Of a stretch of DNA of 64,000 bases, positions 1 through 12,081 are shown in pieces. Source of the stretch: Eledone cirrhosa (Eukaryota); NCBI GenBank assembly GCA_964016885.1, contig OZ024741.1:399962001-400026000 (forward strand). Reading direction: 5' to 3'. The notes below the pieces were generated by a model. That model did no database searches. It had not been told where the DNA came from and saw nothing but the letters and a program-made list of their open reading frames with translations. A program made the translations under genes and the position numbers. Every line of letters starts with the position of its first letter. Positions within the stretch are counted from its first letter, which is position 1.

Positions 1-144
1 AACTGTAAAATACCTGGCCAAATTTACAGTCCTCGTTGGAGCTAGGTACAGCATGGTCAACTCTGGCCAGACTTGTCTCCTGATGTGGACGATCCGTCTA
101 ACCCATGCAAGTATGGAATAATGGGCGCTAAATGGTGATGATGA

Positions 145-560
145 TGATCCAATGTGAATATTAACCATATATATAATAAAACTACATATAATATGATATC
201 CCATGTAATACCAACCATCTATATAATATAACTATATAACTATATATTATATGATATCCAATGTAATATTAACTATCTCTATAATATAACTATATATAAT
301 ATGGTATCTAATGTAATATTAACTATCTCTAGAATATAACTATGTATTATATGATATCCAATGTAATACTAACTATCTATTTAATAAAACTATATATTAT
401 ATATCCAATGTAATACTAACTATCTCTATAATAAAACTATATATTATATGATATCAATGTAATACCTATATAATATGATATCCAATGTAATACCTATATA
501 TGATATCCAATGTAATATCTATATAATAAAACTATATATTATATATCCGATGCAATACTA
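145..560. repeat. AT-rich degenerate minisatellite
   Basis: Recurring atgatatccaatgtaatattaactatct..ataactata units. Confidence 0.8.
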
Positions 561-562
561 AC

Positions 563-704
563 CTTCAATTCCTTTCACAACGGTGTAATTAGCAACTCTG
601 CTAATTTCCAAGTCTCCAACTTGATGTGGAAGTGAGATCACTGATCCATTGCTATAAACTTTTCCATTTGGTCGTACACTTAACATTGTATCAAAGTTGG
701 TGAT
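563..704 (-). CDS. Exon 10, VWD domain continuation (gene continues left of window)
   Basis: ITNFDTMLSVRPNGKVYSNGSVISLPHQVGDLEISRVANYTVVKGIE; acceptor ttattacag, donor G|GTTAGT; phase 0-1. Confidence 0.9.
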
Positions 705-722
705 CTGTAATAAACAAACAGA

Positions 723-1480
723 CAGTTTAACCTTGTTGATACCAGTTTAAACTTGTTGATACCAGTTTAACCCTGTTGATACCAGTTTAACTCTGTTGAT
801 TCCAGTTTAACGATGTTGATACCAGTTTAACCCTGTTGATACCAGTTTAACCCTGTTGGTTCCAGTTTAACCCTGTTGATACCAGTTTAACCCTGTTGAT
901 ACCAGTTTAACCCTGTTGATACCAGATTAACCCTGTTGATACCAGTTTAAGCTTGTTGATTCCAGTTTAACCATGTTGATACCAGTTTAACTCTGTTGAT
1001 ACCAGTTTAACACTTTTAATACCAGTTTAATCCTGTGGATTCCAGTTTAACCCTGTTGATACCAGTTTAACCATGTTGATTCCAGTTTAACCTTGTTGGT
1101 ACCAGTTTAACCCTGTTGATACCAGTTTAACCCTGTTGATACCAGTTTAACCTTGTTGATACCAGTTTAAGCTTGTTGATTCCAGTTTAACCTTGTTGAT
1201 ACCAGTATAACCCTGTTGATACCAGTTTAACCTTGTTGATTCCAGTTTAACCCTGTTGATACCAGTTTAACCTTGTTGATACCAGTTTAAGCTTGTTGAT
1301 TCCAGTTTAACCTTGTTGATACCAGTTTAACCCTGTTGATACCAGTTTAACCCTTTTAATACCAGTTTAACCCTGCTGATACCAGTTTAACCCTGTTGAT
1401 ACTAAACAGTTAACCATGTTGATTCCAGCTTAACCCTGTTGATACTAAACAGTTAACCCTGTTGATACCAGGTTAACCAT
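723..1480. repeat. 20-bp minisatellite abutting the exon 10 acceptor
   Basis: (ccagtttaaccctgttgata)n, more than 30 copies. Confidence 0.95.
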
Positions 1481-1769
1481 GTATGATGGTCATAGTAGTG
1501 ACGTGATAAAAAAGTACCCTGTCCACCCAGTAAGGTGGTTGAGCTGCTGGCTAGAGTTTTAGGATGAGTGTGGTTGAAGAATCACAGTTTAGACAATTAT
1601 GTTTAATAAGAACCATCAAGGTGAGCAATGTTACGTTTCCCACATGCAGGTTAATTAAATATACTATTAGTTATAAAACTGTTCCTCTTGCTGATCAGGT
1701 AAAGACAAAAACAGTGAGAACAAAGAATTTTGTTGAATAACACTCACTTGCTGCATTCAGTATTCAGTA

Positions 1770-2260
1770 ATCAGAAGAACGGGGTAGGTGTACAAGCCAA
1801 ACTCATCTTCAATTTTGTATTTGTGCCAACCCTTACCTATGGTCATGAATCTTGAGTAATGACCAAAATAATACGATCACAAATACAAGTGACCAAAATA
1901 GGGTTCTTCTGAAGTATCTTTGGAGTAGTGTTTCTCAATAGAGTACGTAGTTCGGAGATCAGAGAGTTATTCCAGGTAGAACTGCTACTTGTCTGAACTG
2001 AGAGATCACAGCTCTGATATTTTGGACAAATGGTAAGAATGTCTCAGGAAAGAATTGCTGGGTAGATTTTATGGGCAAAATCAACTGGCAGGAGACCCAA
2101 GGGTAGACTCTGAACAAAATGGTTGGATAACATCCATGAGCTTGGCTGGTCTTGCTTGGGGATCTAGGCAGATCAATTGGAGATGGTTGCGTTTTACAGA
2201 ACCTGCTGGAAGCAGTATTTGAGTACTCTGCTCCCATGACCCTCTCTGGAATATGTTCTC
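1770..2260 (+). mobile_element. Decayed RTE-like LINE 3' fragment
   Basis: FVPTLTYGHES*VMT-like post-RT motif with stops. Confidence 0.55.
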
Positions 2261-2384
2261 CCATAACATTCTATATTTTAATAGGAATAATTTAAAGTAA
2301 AAAAGGAGGAGGAGGAGGAGGAGGAGGAGGAGGAGGGGATAAGGGGCGATGGGAGGAATATGTGGAGGGGGAAGACAGACTCAC

Positions 2385-2596
2385 TTTCAGCTCTACTCGA
2401 CACTGTTGGTTTTTATCACAGGCGTAAGTATGATTTATGTGTACACGAAAACTTGGCTCAGAATTTTGACATTCTTGGAAGAGTGTGTATGTTCCTTTAC
2501 CAGGGAAATAGTAGTAGACGCCATCAAAAGTGACAATATGTCGTCCACCCCATGTAGTACACATAGAGTAACCCTCAGCATCAAATATTGATTCAA
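2385..2596 (-). CDS. Exon 9, von Willebrand factor type D domain (start)
   Basis: ESIFDAEGYSMCTTWGGRHIVTFDGVYYYFPGKGTYTLFQEC...CRVELK: VWD signature CxxWGxxHxxTFDGxxYxF; donor AAA|GTGAGT; phase 1-0. Confidence 0.95.
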
Positions 2597-3000
2597 CTGT
2601 AATAGAAAAAGGAATTTCGTGAAAATCTAAATTAATAAAGTAGTATATATATATATATATATATAAAACCAACAAAATTAAAACTATTACTTCTGTCAGC
2701 CAACTAACAGAGAACGAAGGACAAACACGGACAGAGATATGAACTGTCCTCTCTAAATATGCAAAAACATAATTTTTCTCCCTCCTTTTTATTATTCCTA
2801 TAAATATGCAACATAACTGCACCATGCATATCCGCAGTTGAAAAAGCACATAATGCTGAAATCGGTACCACTATTAAATGCAGAAATATCCACTTTATAA
2901 ATAAATGTTTTGATATTACACTGAAAGAATCTCTTCAGCATTTTCTACTGAAAAAACCTTTTTCCTCTCCACTATTTGCTTTTATATATATATATATGTA

Positions 3001-3467
3001 TATATAGTAGTATAGATAATTCAAACATTGTGAGATATGTAATATATGACTGATAAGTTTCAGAAAGCCAGTACAATGTGGTAGAAATATATAAAGGGTA
3101 AAGGATGACAAATAAAACAAAACAAAGGAATGTTTTACCCAGTATATTTCAACATGATATTTCAGGGTTATAACCCGCTTTTCAAATGTGAAATGAAAAC
3201 AGTTCAAAAAACAAAAACAAAAACGAACTAACGATATGTTCTTCCCTAACTGTTTTTGTTTTGAACTGTTTTCATTTCACATTTGAAAAGCGGGTTATAA
3301 CCCTGAAATATCATGTTGAAATATACTGGGTAAAACATTCCTTTGTTTTGTTTTATTTGTCATCCTTTACCCTTTATATATTTCTACCACATTGTACTGG
3401 GTTTCTGAAACTTATCAGTCATATATTACATATCTCACAATGTTTGAATTATCTATACTACTATATA
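3001..3467. mobile_element. Foldback element between (TA)n tracts, hammerhead in each arm
   Basis: About 210-bp near-perfect inverted arms centred near 3234; explains the near-identical ORFs 2935..3207(-) and 3261..3524(+). Confidence 0.9.
3275..3321 (+). ncRNA. Minimal type I hammerhead ribozyme, U3-A8 core (mirror on minus strand 3147-3193)
   Basis: tttcacat-TTGAAAA-gcgggttataaccct-GAAA-ta-TC/atgttgaaa; stems I and II pair. Confidence 0.6.
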
Positions 3468-3768
3468 TATATATATATATATACCAAGGGCGGTGCCCCA
3501 GCATGGCCTCAGCTGGATGGCTGAAACAGGTAAAAGAGTAAAAGAGTATATATATATGTATATATATATATATGTATAGTATATTTGGCAATATACCGTC
3601 TGTTTAATTAAAAACATATAGAAGACCATACGCTATCAATTTTAGAGTAGTGACTATGTCGCTTACTTACTTTCGGCGAAAGAAGGGAGAGAGGTTGACA
3701 GTCTGTTTCACGCTGGTTAGCGTTCATCAGAACCACGTACTACCTTGCTTCCGCCGAAAAAAAAAAAA

Positions 3769-3845
<77 letters not shown>

Positions 3846-4487
3846 TATATATATACACACCTCATTGTACTATTTTTTATAAACTTATCCTTAATTTAAT
3901 AAATAAGCATTTTTCTTATTTATTAGTCAATATATCCCTCAGACTCTATTTAGACTGGGATATAAACATGACTAGTTGAAATGGACCAGTGTGTTATTTA
4001 CCACAGCCTCAAGTTGACCATAGATTTGTGATTGTAATTTGGTAGAGAGTGACTGTATGGAAGCCCATTGAATGAACTGTATCTGTAATTCAATAGATCA
4101 ACCATATCACATACTGTGGTAAACTGTGGCAAACTTGAGAATTACTGTAATTCTACATCTTATGCACTTTAACTTCATGAACAAGCTGTGTCATTGAGAA
4201 TTTGAATTGGTAGAATCTGTAGAGCATCAGACGAATTCTTAGTTGCATTTGTTCCAGCTTTTACAATATGAGTTCAAATCCGGCTGAGGTTAGCTTTACC
4301 TTTTATCCTTACAGGGTCAATAACACACTGAATACCAGTAACACACTGAATACCAGTAACACACTGAAGTCGATTTAATCAACTTTTCCCTCTCTGAAAA
4401 TTGTTGACCTTGTGCCTAAATCAGAATACATTACTATTATTATTATAATTGTTGTTGTTAAATTAGAAATGTTAGCTAATGACTTAC

Positions 4488-4535
4488 ATTCACCAGGTCT
4501 TGCTTTAGAAGTTTCGTTTTGCAACATTATATTGT
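4488..4535 (-). CDS. Exon 8, 48-nt linker exon
   Basis: (N)NIMLQNETSKARPGE; strong acceptor tttctcttccag and donor T|GTAAGT; phase 1-1, skippable in frame; contains N-glycosylation sequon NET. Confidence 0.75.
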
Positions 4536-5149
4536 CTGGAAGAGAAATTAAATTAAAATTATGAAATAACAACATACACTCATGTTAAAAAAACTATGTA
4601 TATGGAGATATATATATAATATTTATATATCCTTATGCAGTCAATACGACAACTGCAGAGACTCTTGTAGTGACGCAATGTAAAATGAAATGAATCACAG
4701 AGACATAAGGAAAAATATGCTGTGAATCTGGCATGGGAGTCACTAATGATCGATAATCGATAATAGAACTACTTATAAATAACAAAGCCCATCAATTATA
4801 TCACCCCCACCCTTACGGAGGTGTGACATGGGCACTCAACACCAACCCTCATGCAGAGACTCTTGCAGTGGTTCAACGTAAAATGGAGGGAATAATGGTC
4901 GGTATCACCATACGTGACAGGATGAGTAACACCTAGATTTGAAGACAGACTGGAGTGAAGGACATATTTGAGAATAACAAGAAGGACAAACATAGATGGG
5001 CTGGACATGTCTCTCATTTCAGAGACAACAGGTGGGCTATTAGAGTAATAGGGTGGACACCAAGGCAGTGGAGAAGAACTAGAGGGTGACCAGAGATAGG
5101 CTGGTCATGTCTCTCATTTCAGGGACAACAGGTGGACTATTGCAGTAAG

Positions 5150-5192
<43 letters not shown>

Positions 5193-5438
5193 GAGGTTAT
5201 ATTTAATTTGCTGGGATTCAACAAGCTTAAACATTTTTATAACTGATATAAAGCACTCAACAGTTTAGTGGGGTAAATATACAATATATTAATAAATGGA
5301 AACTATATTTATAAAACCATAATTATTTTATTATATATATTTCAAGGGCAAACAAAGACAACCACTATCCAACGAATTTCAACCGTTGAGGTTGTCTTTT
5401 TTCCGGGTATGTCAATATTTATTTATAAAACAAATCTG

Positions 5439-5504
5439 TATTTTATCTGATGAAAGCGCACCATAATCTACCTTGGTTGCCCTTGAAATATATATAATAA
5501 AATA
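5439..5504 (+). ncRNA. Minimal type I hammerhead ribozyme in foldback element 5190-5548
   Basis: tattttat-CTGATGA-aagcgcacc..ggttgccctt-GAAA-tatata-TA/ataaaata; 8-bp perfect stem I. Confidence 0.8.
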
Positions 5505-5568
5505 ATTATGGTTTTATAAATATAGTTTCCATTTATTAATATATTGTGTATATGTGTGTGTGTCTGTA

Positions 5569-5636
<68 letters not shown>

Positions 5637-5940
5637 TATTTCCTTATTTTTATAATGGGTTTTTTTTTTTTGTTTACTCCCTTTCGATTCACCTATTCTT
5701 TCAACCCCCTCCCCTCCTCTTGTCCAGTACACTTTTTCGACCTTTTATACACTATCCTTAGAATCTGCTGTATAAATTTCACTTTCAACGCTTGACTGGG
5801 TTTCCCCCACTCCCTCTTTGTTCTACCGGCAAGTTCAGCCACCCCTACCTCCCACCAAAAGCCATGATAGATTCATCTGTCTCTACAACAAATTTTTTAC
5901 CAACCCTTTTGACAATTACTATCTTTCCATATAAGGAAAT

Positions 5941-6036
5941 ACCCCCTGAGAAGTTCGGCTATTTATTTACCAGGCTAAAAATTCTTATTTAGTCCAGAAA
6001 CAGCCGTCGAAACGGCTTGAGCCCTGCCGCCGAGGT
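5941..6036 (+). ncRNA. Decayed type I hammerhead with full stem III (element about 5637-6128)
   Basis: acccc-CTGAGAA-g..cggct..agccg.c-GAAAC-ggc..gcc-GCC/gaggt; the related arm at 8474-8530 retains GTC/ggggt; core mutated in this copy. Confidence 0.5.
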
Positions 6037-6124
6037 CATACTTGTTTCTATTACCCAATCTACTACCCTAAGTATTGAGTACTTTGGTTCTTTATGGTCC
6101 ATCTGGTTCCTTACCACAATTCCT

Positions 6125-6157
<33 letters not shown>

Positions 6158-6160
<3 letters not shown>

Positions 6161-6768
6161 TTTTGAGTTTATGTTGGTTGTATACCAACACCTCAGTATG
6201 CAGGCTGGAGCACTCGACGAAGTGCGCAGGTTGATTTGGTTACTCCGGAGTAGTGTAAAATAAAGTTAAATAAAAGTCAAATGATTAAAATTTAGTTTCG
6301 TTTATTACTGCTATATATATTTCAGTGACAGCCATCTTTGGCTGGGACCTCTTCAGGCAGTTTGAATTAATATGGTATAGACAAGTACATATGTTGTTTA
6401 GGTGTATGGTATTGTCAATACTCTGATATGCCCAGTTCCTTGTTGGGTTGTTAATTCACTGGGGAACTGGAGTCATATGAATTCAAACAAACGAATTTTC
6501 GTGTAACAGGAGGAGAAGGGGACCTGTGACACGAAAACTCGTTTGTTTGAATTCATATGACTCCAGTTCCCCAGTGAATTAACAACCCAACAAGGAACTG
6601 GGCATATCAGAGTATTGACAATACCATACACCTAAACAACATATGTACTTGTCTATACCATACTAATTCAAACTGCCTGAAGAGGTCACAGCCAAAGATG
6701 ACTGTCACTGAAATATATATAGCAGTAATAAACGAAGCTACATTTTAATCATTCGACTTTTATTTAAC
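6158..6768. mobile_element. Foldback element (about 245-bp arms plus about 105-nt unpaired tail) between (TA)n tracts
   Basis: 6265-6510 is the reverse complement of 6523-6768. Confidence 0.9.
6672..6726 (+). ncRNA. Minimal type I hammerhead (mirror on minus strand 6307-6361)
   Basis: actgc-CTGAAGA-stem II (cagcca-aaga-tggctg in the left arm)-GAAA-tatata-TA/gcagt. Confidence 0.8.
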
Positions 6769-6788
6769 ATTATATATATATATTTTTT

Positions 6789-7030
<242 letters not shown>

Positions 7031-7587
7031 TGAGATGGAGGCACATGGCTTAGAGCATTGGCCTTGCAATCGAAAGGGTGTGAGTTCAGTTCTCAGACCG
7101 GGTGGTGTGTTGTTTCCTTGAGCAAGAGACTTTATTTCACATTGCTCCAGTTTACTCAGCTGTAGAAATGAGATGATAGGTACTGGGGCCCATATCATTC
7201 CCCTGCAAGGTGGTCGTGGAGCACTCACTGTAAATGAGGTTGGTGTTAGGAAGGGCATCCAGCTGTAGAAATCAAGCCAGAATCACTTCCCGTCCCACCC
7301 TTGCAAGCAGGGAAAAGCGGACGTAAAATGATAATATATATATATAATTACCTCTTAGCTTCGTACGGACATATAATAACACACACACACACACAAACAC
7401 ATGCTTACGCACGTGCACAAGTATAGCCCTTTTTACAAAACAGTTTTTTTTTCTATTTCAGGTAGACGCGCTCCATCATCCACTTTTCTAAAAAATAAAT
7501 CATACACAAAACACCAGATGTCAACATGGCAGCATTAGACATGCTCCAACCCGCCCGTCCCCTCAATCTATCTGATTTCTCATTCTT

Positions 7588-7623
7588 TCTTCTGATGAAA
7601 GACTAGCGTCCGAAATCTTAAGA
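7588..7623 (+). ncRNA. Degenerate minimal hammerhead upstream of a (TA)n tract
   Basis: tctt-CTGATGA-aagac tagc gtcc-GAAA-tc-TT/aaga; stem II base is mismatched. Confidence 0.5.
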
Positions 7624-8108
7624 CCCTATTCCTGCTATATCAAGCGTTAAACTTAGATATCCCTTCCATATACTGTACCGATTGTGTTGTTATTTTTGTT
7701 TACCTTTTACATATATATATATATCCAAATTTCTGGCTGCCGTTGGTCCTATTCACGCCACTGAGATGACGTTGTTCAATGTGTGTATTTAAAAAAAAAT
7801 GCAACACGTGGTTCGAATCATTCATAGACTTGCATTTGCTTTGTAAACACAGATGGTTATTTTCTTCTCCTTTGGTGAACATCCAAGAATTGAACTGCTG
7901 TGATTTACGGATTAATAGGTGAAATATATTTCTTACTTAAAGAAATATATACAAAGGAGATTAATCATTTTAAAAGGTATCTATATTTGAAGTTCTAACC
8001 AAACTTTAATTAGTTACCTACCTAGCTATGTGTGCTTACATTCTTTACAAATATTCCCTGTGATTGTTTCAGGTATTTATTCTATATATATATATGTCAA
8101 TCTATTTC

Positions 8109-8160
<52 letters not shown>

Positions 8161-8335
8161 CAAAAATTGTATTCGTTGAGTAAACAACGAACCATACTAA
8201 TCTTTGGTTATATATATATAGAAGTAGTAAGACAACAGTTAGTTCACCATACCGAGAACAATTGTTTCATTTTAGCCGATCATCTGGATATTACCTCTCT
8301 CTCTATATACATAAATATAAATATATATATTTATA

Positions 8336-8526
8336 ACGAAGGAATTGTGGTAAGGAACCAGATGGACCATAACGCACCTGGGTACTCAATACTTAGGATA
8401 GTAGAGTGGGTAATAGGAAAGAGTATGACCCCTACGGCAGAGCTCAAGCCGTTTCGACGGCTATTTCTGGACTCAGAAATAGCCGTCGAAACGGCTTGAG
8501 CTCTGCCGTCGGGGTCATACTTTTTC

Positions 8527-8530
<4 letters not shown>
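8336..8530. mobile_element. Short foldback (about 57-bp arms plus tail) carrying the 3' half of a hammerhead; same family as 5990-6128
   Basis: 8413-8469 is the reverse complement of 8474-8530; GAAACggc..gccGTC motif; relatives at 11965-12050, 29663-29722 and 30097-30195. Confidence 0.8.
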
Positions 8531-8589
<59 letters not shown>

Positions 8590-9119
8590 GTGGCCATCGC
8601 CATTGATTTATCATTTTCTGATTTATCATTTTAAAATTTATTCCTACAATTATTGTATCAATAAATATTTTCTAAATCTTTGGTTAGTTTTCTTCTTTAA
8701 AAAAGCTATCTTTAAGTACTCCAAGCAGAGCTGACTGCTGCTACAGACCACATCTACAGGTAGAGGATAGGAGAGTGACCTTTAGATATAGGGGCCAATA
8801 TGTGGAATTACCAAGTTAATAAACAGTTGTGGGGACAACAGCAGGAGATAACCAAGAGTGAAATGGAATAATGGTGGTGATGAGAGAGATTCTCTTGCAA
8901 TGGGATCTCTATGATGGGGTTGTGCTCAGGCCAGTGCTGACCACACTTTCTAAATAAGTCTGTCCTAGATGGAGGAATCTATTCAAAACTGATGGACAAC
9001 AACATTAACGGGGGTTTCAGACACAATCTGATATGAGTAAGGAATTAAGAGACACGCTACATTGGAAATGAAAGATCTCTAGAGGGAAACTACAGTGGAA
9101 ATGTGGGATCTCCAGTGTG

Positions 9120-10060
9120 GCATCCAGCCTACACTGTAAAGTGGCCATCTACGAGTCATGACAAAAAACACCCAGCCAACACTGAAAAGTGATCATGTAA
9201 ATGACACAAAAAAAACACCCAGCTAACACTGTAAAGTGGTTGTGCAGGTGTCACAACCAAAACACCCAGCCAACACTGTAAAGTGGTTGTGCAGGTGTCA
9301 CAACAAAAAACACCCAGCCAACACTGTAAAGTTGTTGTGCAGGTGTCACAACAAAAACACCCAGCCAACACTGTAAAGTGGTTGTGCAGGTGTCACAACC
9401 AAAACACCCAGCCAACACTGTAAAGTGGTTATGCAGGTGTCACAACAAAAATACCCAGCCAACACTGTAAAGTGGTTGTGCAGGTGTCACAACAAAAACA
9501 CCCAGCCAACACTGTAAAGTTGTTGTGTAGGTGTCACAACAAAAAGCACCCAGCCAACACTGTAAAGTTGTTGTGTAGGTGTCACAACAAAAAACACCCA
9601 GCCAACACTGTAAAGTGGTTGTGCAGGTGTCACAACAAAAAGCACCCAGCCAACACTGTAAAGTGGTTGTGTAGGTGTCACAACAAAAACACCCAGCCAA
9701 CACTGTAAAGTGGTTGTGCAGGTGTCACAACAAAAAGCACCCAGCCAACACTGTAAAGTGGTTGTGTAGGTGTCACAACAAAAATCACCCAGCCAACACT
9801 GTAAAGTGGTTGTGTAGGTGTCACAACAAAAAGCACCCAGCCAACACTGTAAAGTGGTTGTGCAGGTGTCACAACAAAAAGCACCCAGCCAACACTGTGG
9901 TTGGTATTAGGAAGGGCATCCAGCTGTAGAAACCAAGCCAGAAACATTTCTGCGTGAGCAAAACACAGTCCCCTAGCCTGGCTGACTTACAACGAGACAA
10001 CTCATCTAATCCATGCTAGCATGGAAAACGGACGTTAAACAATGAGGATGATGATGATAA
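9120..10060 (+). repeat. SINE with internal 40-41-bp tandem expansion and (GAT)n RTE-type tail
   Basis: (gtcacaacaaaaa[a/g]cacccagccaacactgtaaagtggttgtgcag)n followed by ggaagggcatccagctgtagaaacc..catgctagcatggaaaacggacgttaaa(tga)n. Confidence 0.85.
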
Positions 10061-10086
10061 TGCATATTTAGGAAGGTTATACTTAC

Positions 10087-10182
10087 TAATAGCACAGGTA
10101 GCTCCAGTGAAACCAGGTGGACAAGTACATTTATTTGGTGAGAAACATGTACCACCATTTAAACATGGGGCATCACAGACAG
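10087..10182 (-). CDS. Exon 7, EGF-like repeat 5
   Basis: (P)VCDAPCLNGGTCFSPNKCTCPPGFTGATCAI; acceptor cttctttag, donor A|GTAAGT; phase 1-1. Confidence 0.95.
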
Positions 10183-11153
10183 CTAAAGAAGGGAAACAAT
10201 AAAGTATTTATTTATTTACTTGTTTGTTTGTGTATTTATTTATTTATTTGTTTGTTTGTGTATTTATTTATTTATTTGTTTGTTTGTGTATTTATTTATT
10301 TGTTTGTTTGTTTGTGTGTTTATATATTTGTTTGTTTGTGTGTTTATTTATTTATGTGTTTGTTTGTTTATTGTATACAATCATTTCTCAGTGGAACTAA
10401 TTTGCTAAAATACAGTATCTTTTTTAATTAATCAGTTCCTCTCTCTCTCTCTATCACATATACACCCAGTCTCACACACAGTATTTCACTCACACCCACA
10501 CTCTCTCTCATACACCCACATCCTCTCTCTCTCACACACCCACACTCTCTCTCTTACACACACACACACTCTCTCTTACACACCCACACACACTCTCTCT
10601 CTCTTTCACACACACACTCTCTCTCTCTTACCCACCCACACACTCTCTCTCACACAACCACACACACACTCTCTTACACACACACACACACTCTCTCTCA
10701 CACAACCACACTCTCTCACACACACACACACTCTCTTACACACACACACACACACTCTCTCTCTCACACACAACCACACTCTCTCTCTCTCACACAACCA
10801 CACTCTCTCTCTCTTACACACACACACACTCTCTCTCACACAACCACACTCTCTCTCTCTCACACAACCACACTCTCTCTCTCTTACACACCCACACACT
10901 CTCTCTCTCTCTCTCTCTTACACACACATTCTCTCTCTCTCTCACTCCCTCTCTCTTATGCGCACTCTCTATTTCAGACACTCACAAGGAATAAAACCCC
11001 CATATCTCCCAGATACCAAGGAGAGATTTATCTCAGTGTTTTTATTTTATTTCTTTTTGTTTGTTTCTAATCTGAGTAAGTTACAGTAAAGTTAATACAT
11101 TTCAATAGCTGCAAGTTTAGAAAAATATTTCATAACGAAACAATAATACTCAC

Positions 11154-11249
11154 GGAGTTGACAAAATTCTCCTTTAAAACCATATCGACAAACACATTGG
11201 CCATAATGATTACAGTTACCCCCATTCAAACATTCTCCCCCACAATCAG
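11154..11249 (-). CDS. Exon 6, EGF-like repeat 4
   Basis: (A)DCGGECLNGGNCNHYGQCVCRYGFKGEFCQL; acceptor ctatttcag, donor C|GTGAGT; phase 1-1. Confidence 0.95.
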
Positions 11250-11560
11250 CTGAAATAGAATTATAGAAAATGTTAGAAAGTTGAACGTAGGGAATTACTG
11301 TTAAAATAGGTGAATGCTGTCACTGACAACAGCAGTATGGAAGTTGGGTAAAAATACCCTTAATGGCGGAAAACAGTGACAGTGATTGCTACGGAGACAG
11401 AAAGTTGTGAGGTAGATGAAAAGTAGATAAAATGTATAGATGACTAAGAGAGAGGTATTGGTACCTTGGAGTGATAAGTAAAGAAGAAGGGTAAACAAGG
11501 AGAGATTAAAGTTACAATTTTTACTTAACTGAAATATAATTTATTTATTAAACGACTGGT

Positions 11561-11898
11561 AAATGTGGTAGAAATATATAAATAACTAAGTAATGTTTCA
11601 CCCAGTATATTTCAACATCATATTTCAAATGTGAAATAAAAACAGTTCAAAACAAAAACAAAAACGAACGATCGCTGTGTTCTTCCCTAACTGTTTTTGT
11701 TTTGGACTATTTTTGTTTCCCATTTGAAAAGGGGCTATAGCCCCGCAATATCATGTTGAAATATTCTGGGTAAAACATTACTTAGTTTTGTTTTATGTGT
11801 CATCCTTTACCCTTTATATATTTCTACCACATTGTACTGGCTTTCTGAAACTTATCAGTCATATATTACATATCTCACAATGTTTGTATTAACTATAC

Positions 11899-11903
<5 letters not shown>
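11561..11903. mobile_element. Second, diverged copy of the 3001-3467 foldback
   Basis: Same arms and same central spacer (aaaacgaac..tgttcttccctaac); internal deletions in the left arm. Confidence 0.85.
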
Positions 11904-11964
<61 letters not shown>

Positions 11965-12046
11965 AAGCAAGTGTGGTAAGGAACCACAGTTCGGATCTAG
12001 TAGTCGAAACACCCGGAGCTCAGTCGTCGGGGCCCTGACTCTTTTC

Positions 12047-12077
<31 letters not shown>

Positions 12078-12081
<4 letters not shown>

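Noticed and set aside
2597-2849. N-terminal extension of ORF 2292..2849
   Set aside because: Intronic read-through containing (TA)n; the true exon is 2385-2596.
2935-3524. Divergent pair of near-identical ORFs (also 31746-31957)
   Set aside because: By-product of palindromic foldback elements; non-coding.
6265-6768. A-to-G editing signature between foldback arms
   Set aside because: Arm mismatches are few and of mixed types, consistent with ordinary mutation.
9156-9947. Cys-rich repetitive ORFs (also 44960..45640 and 51656..52174)
   Set aside because: Translations of SINE-derived 40-41-bp minisatellites with frame drift.
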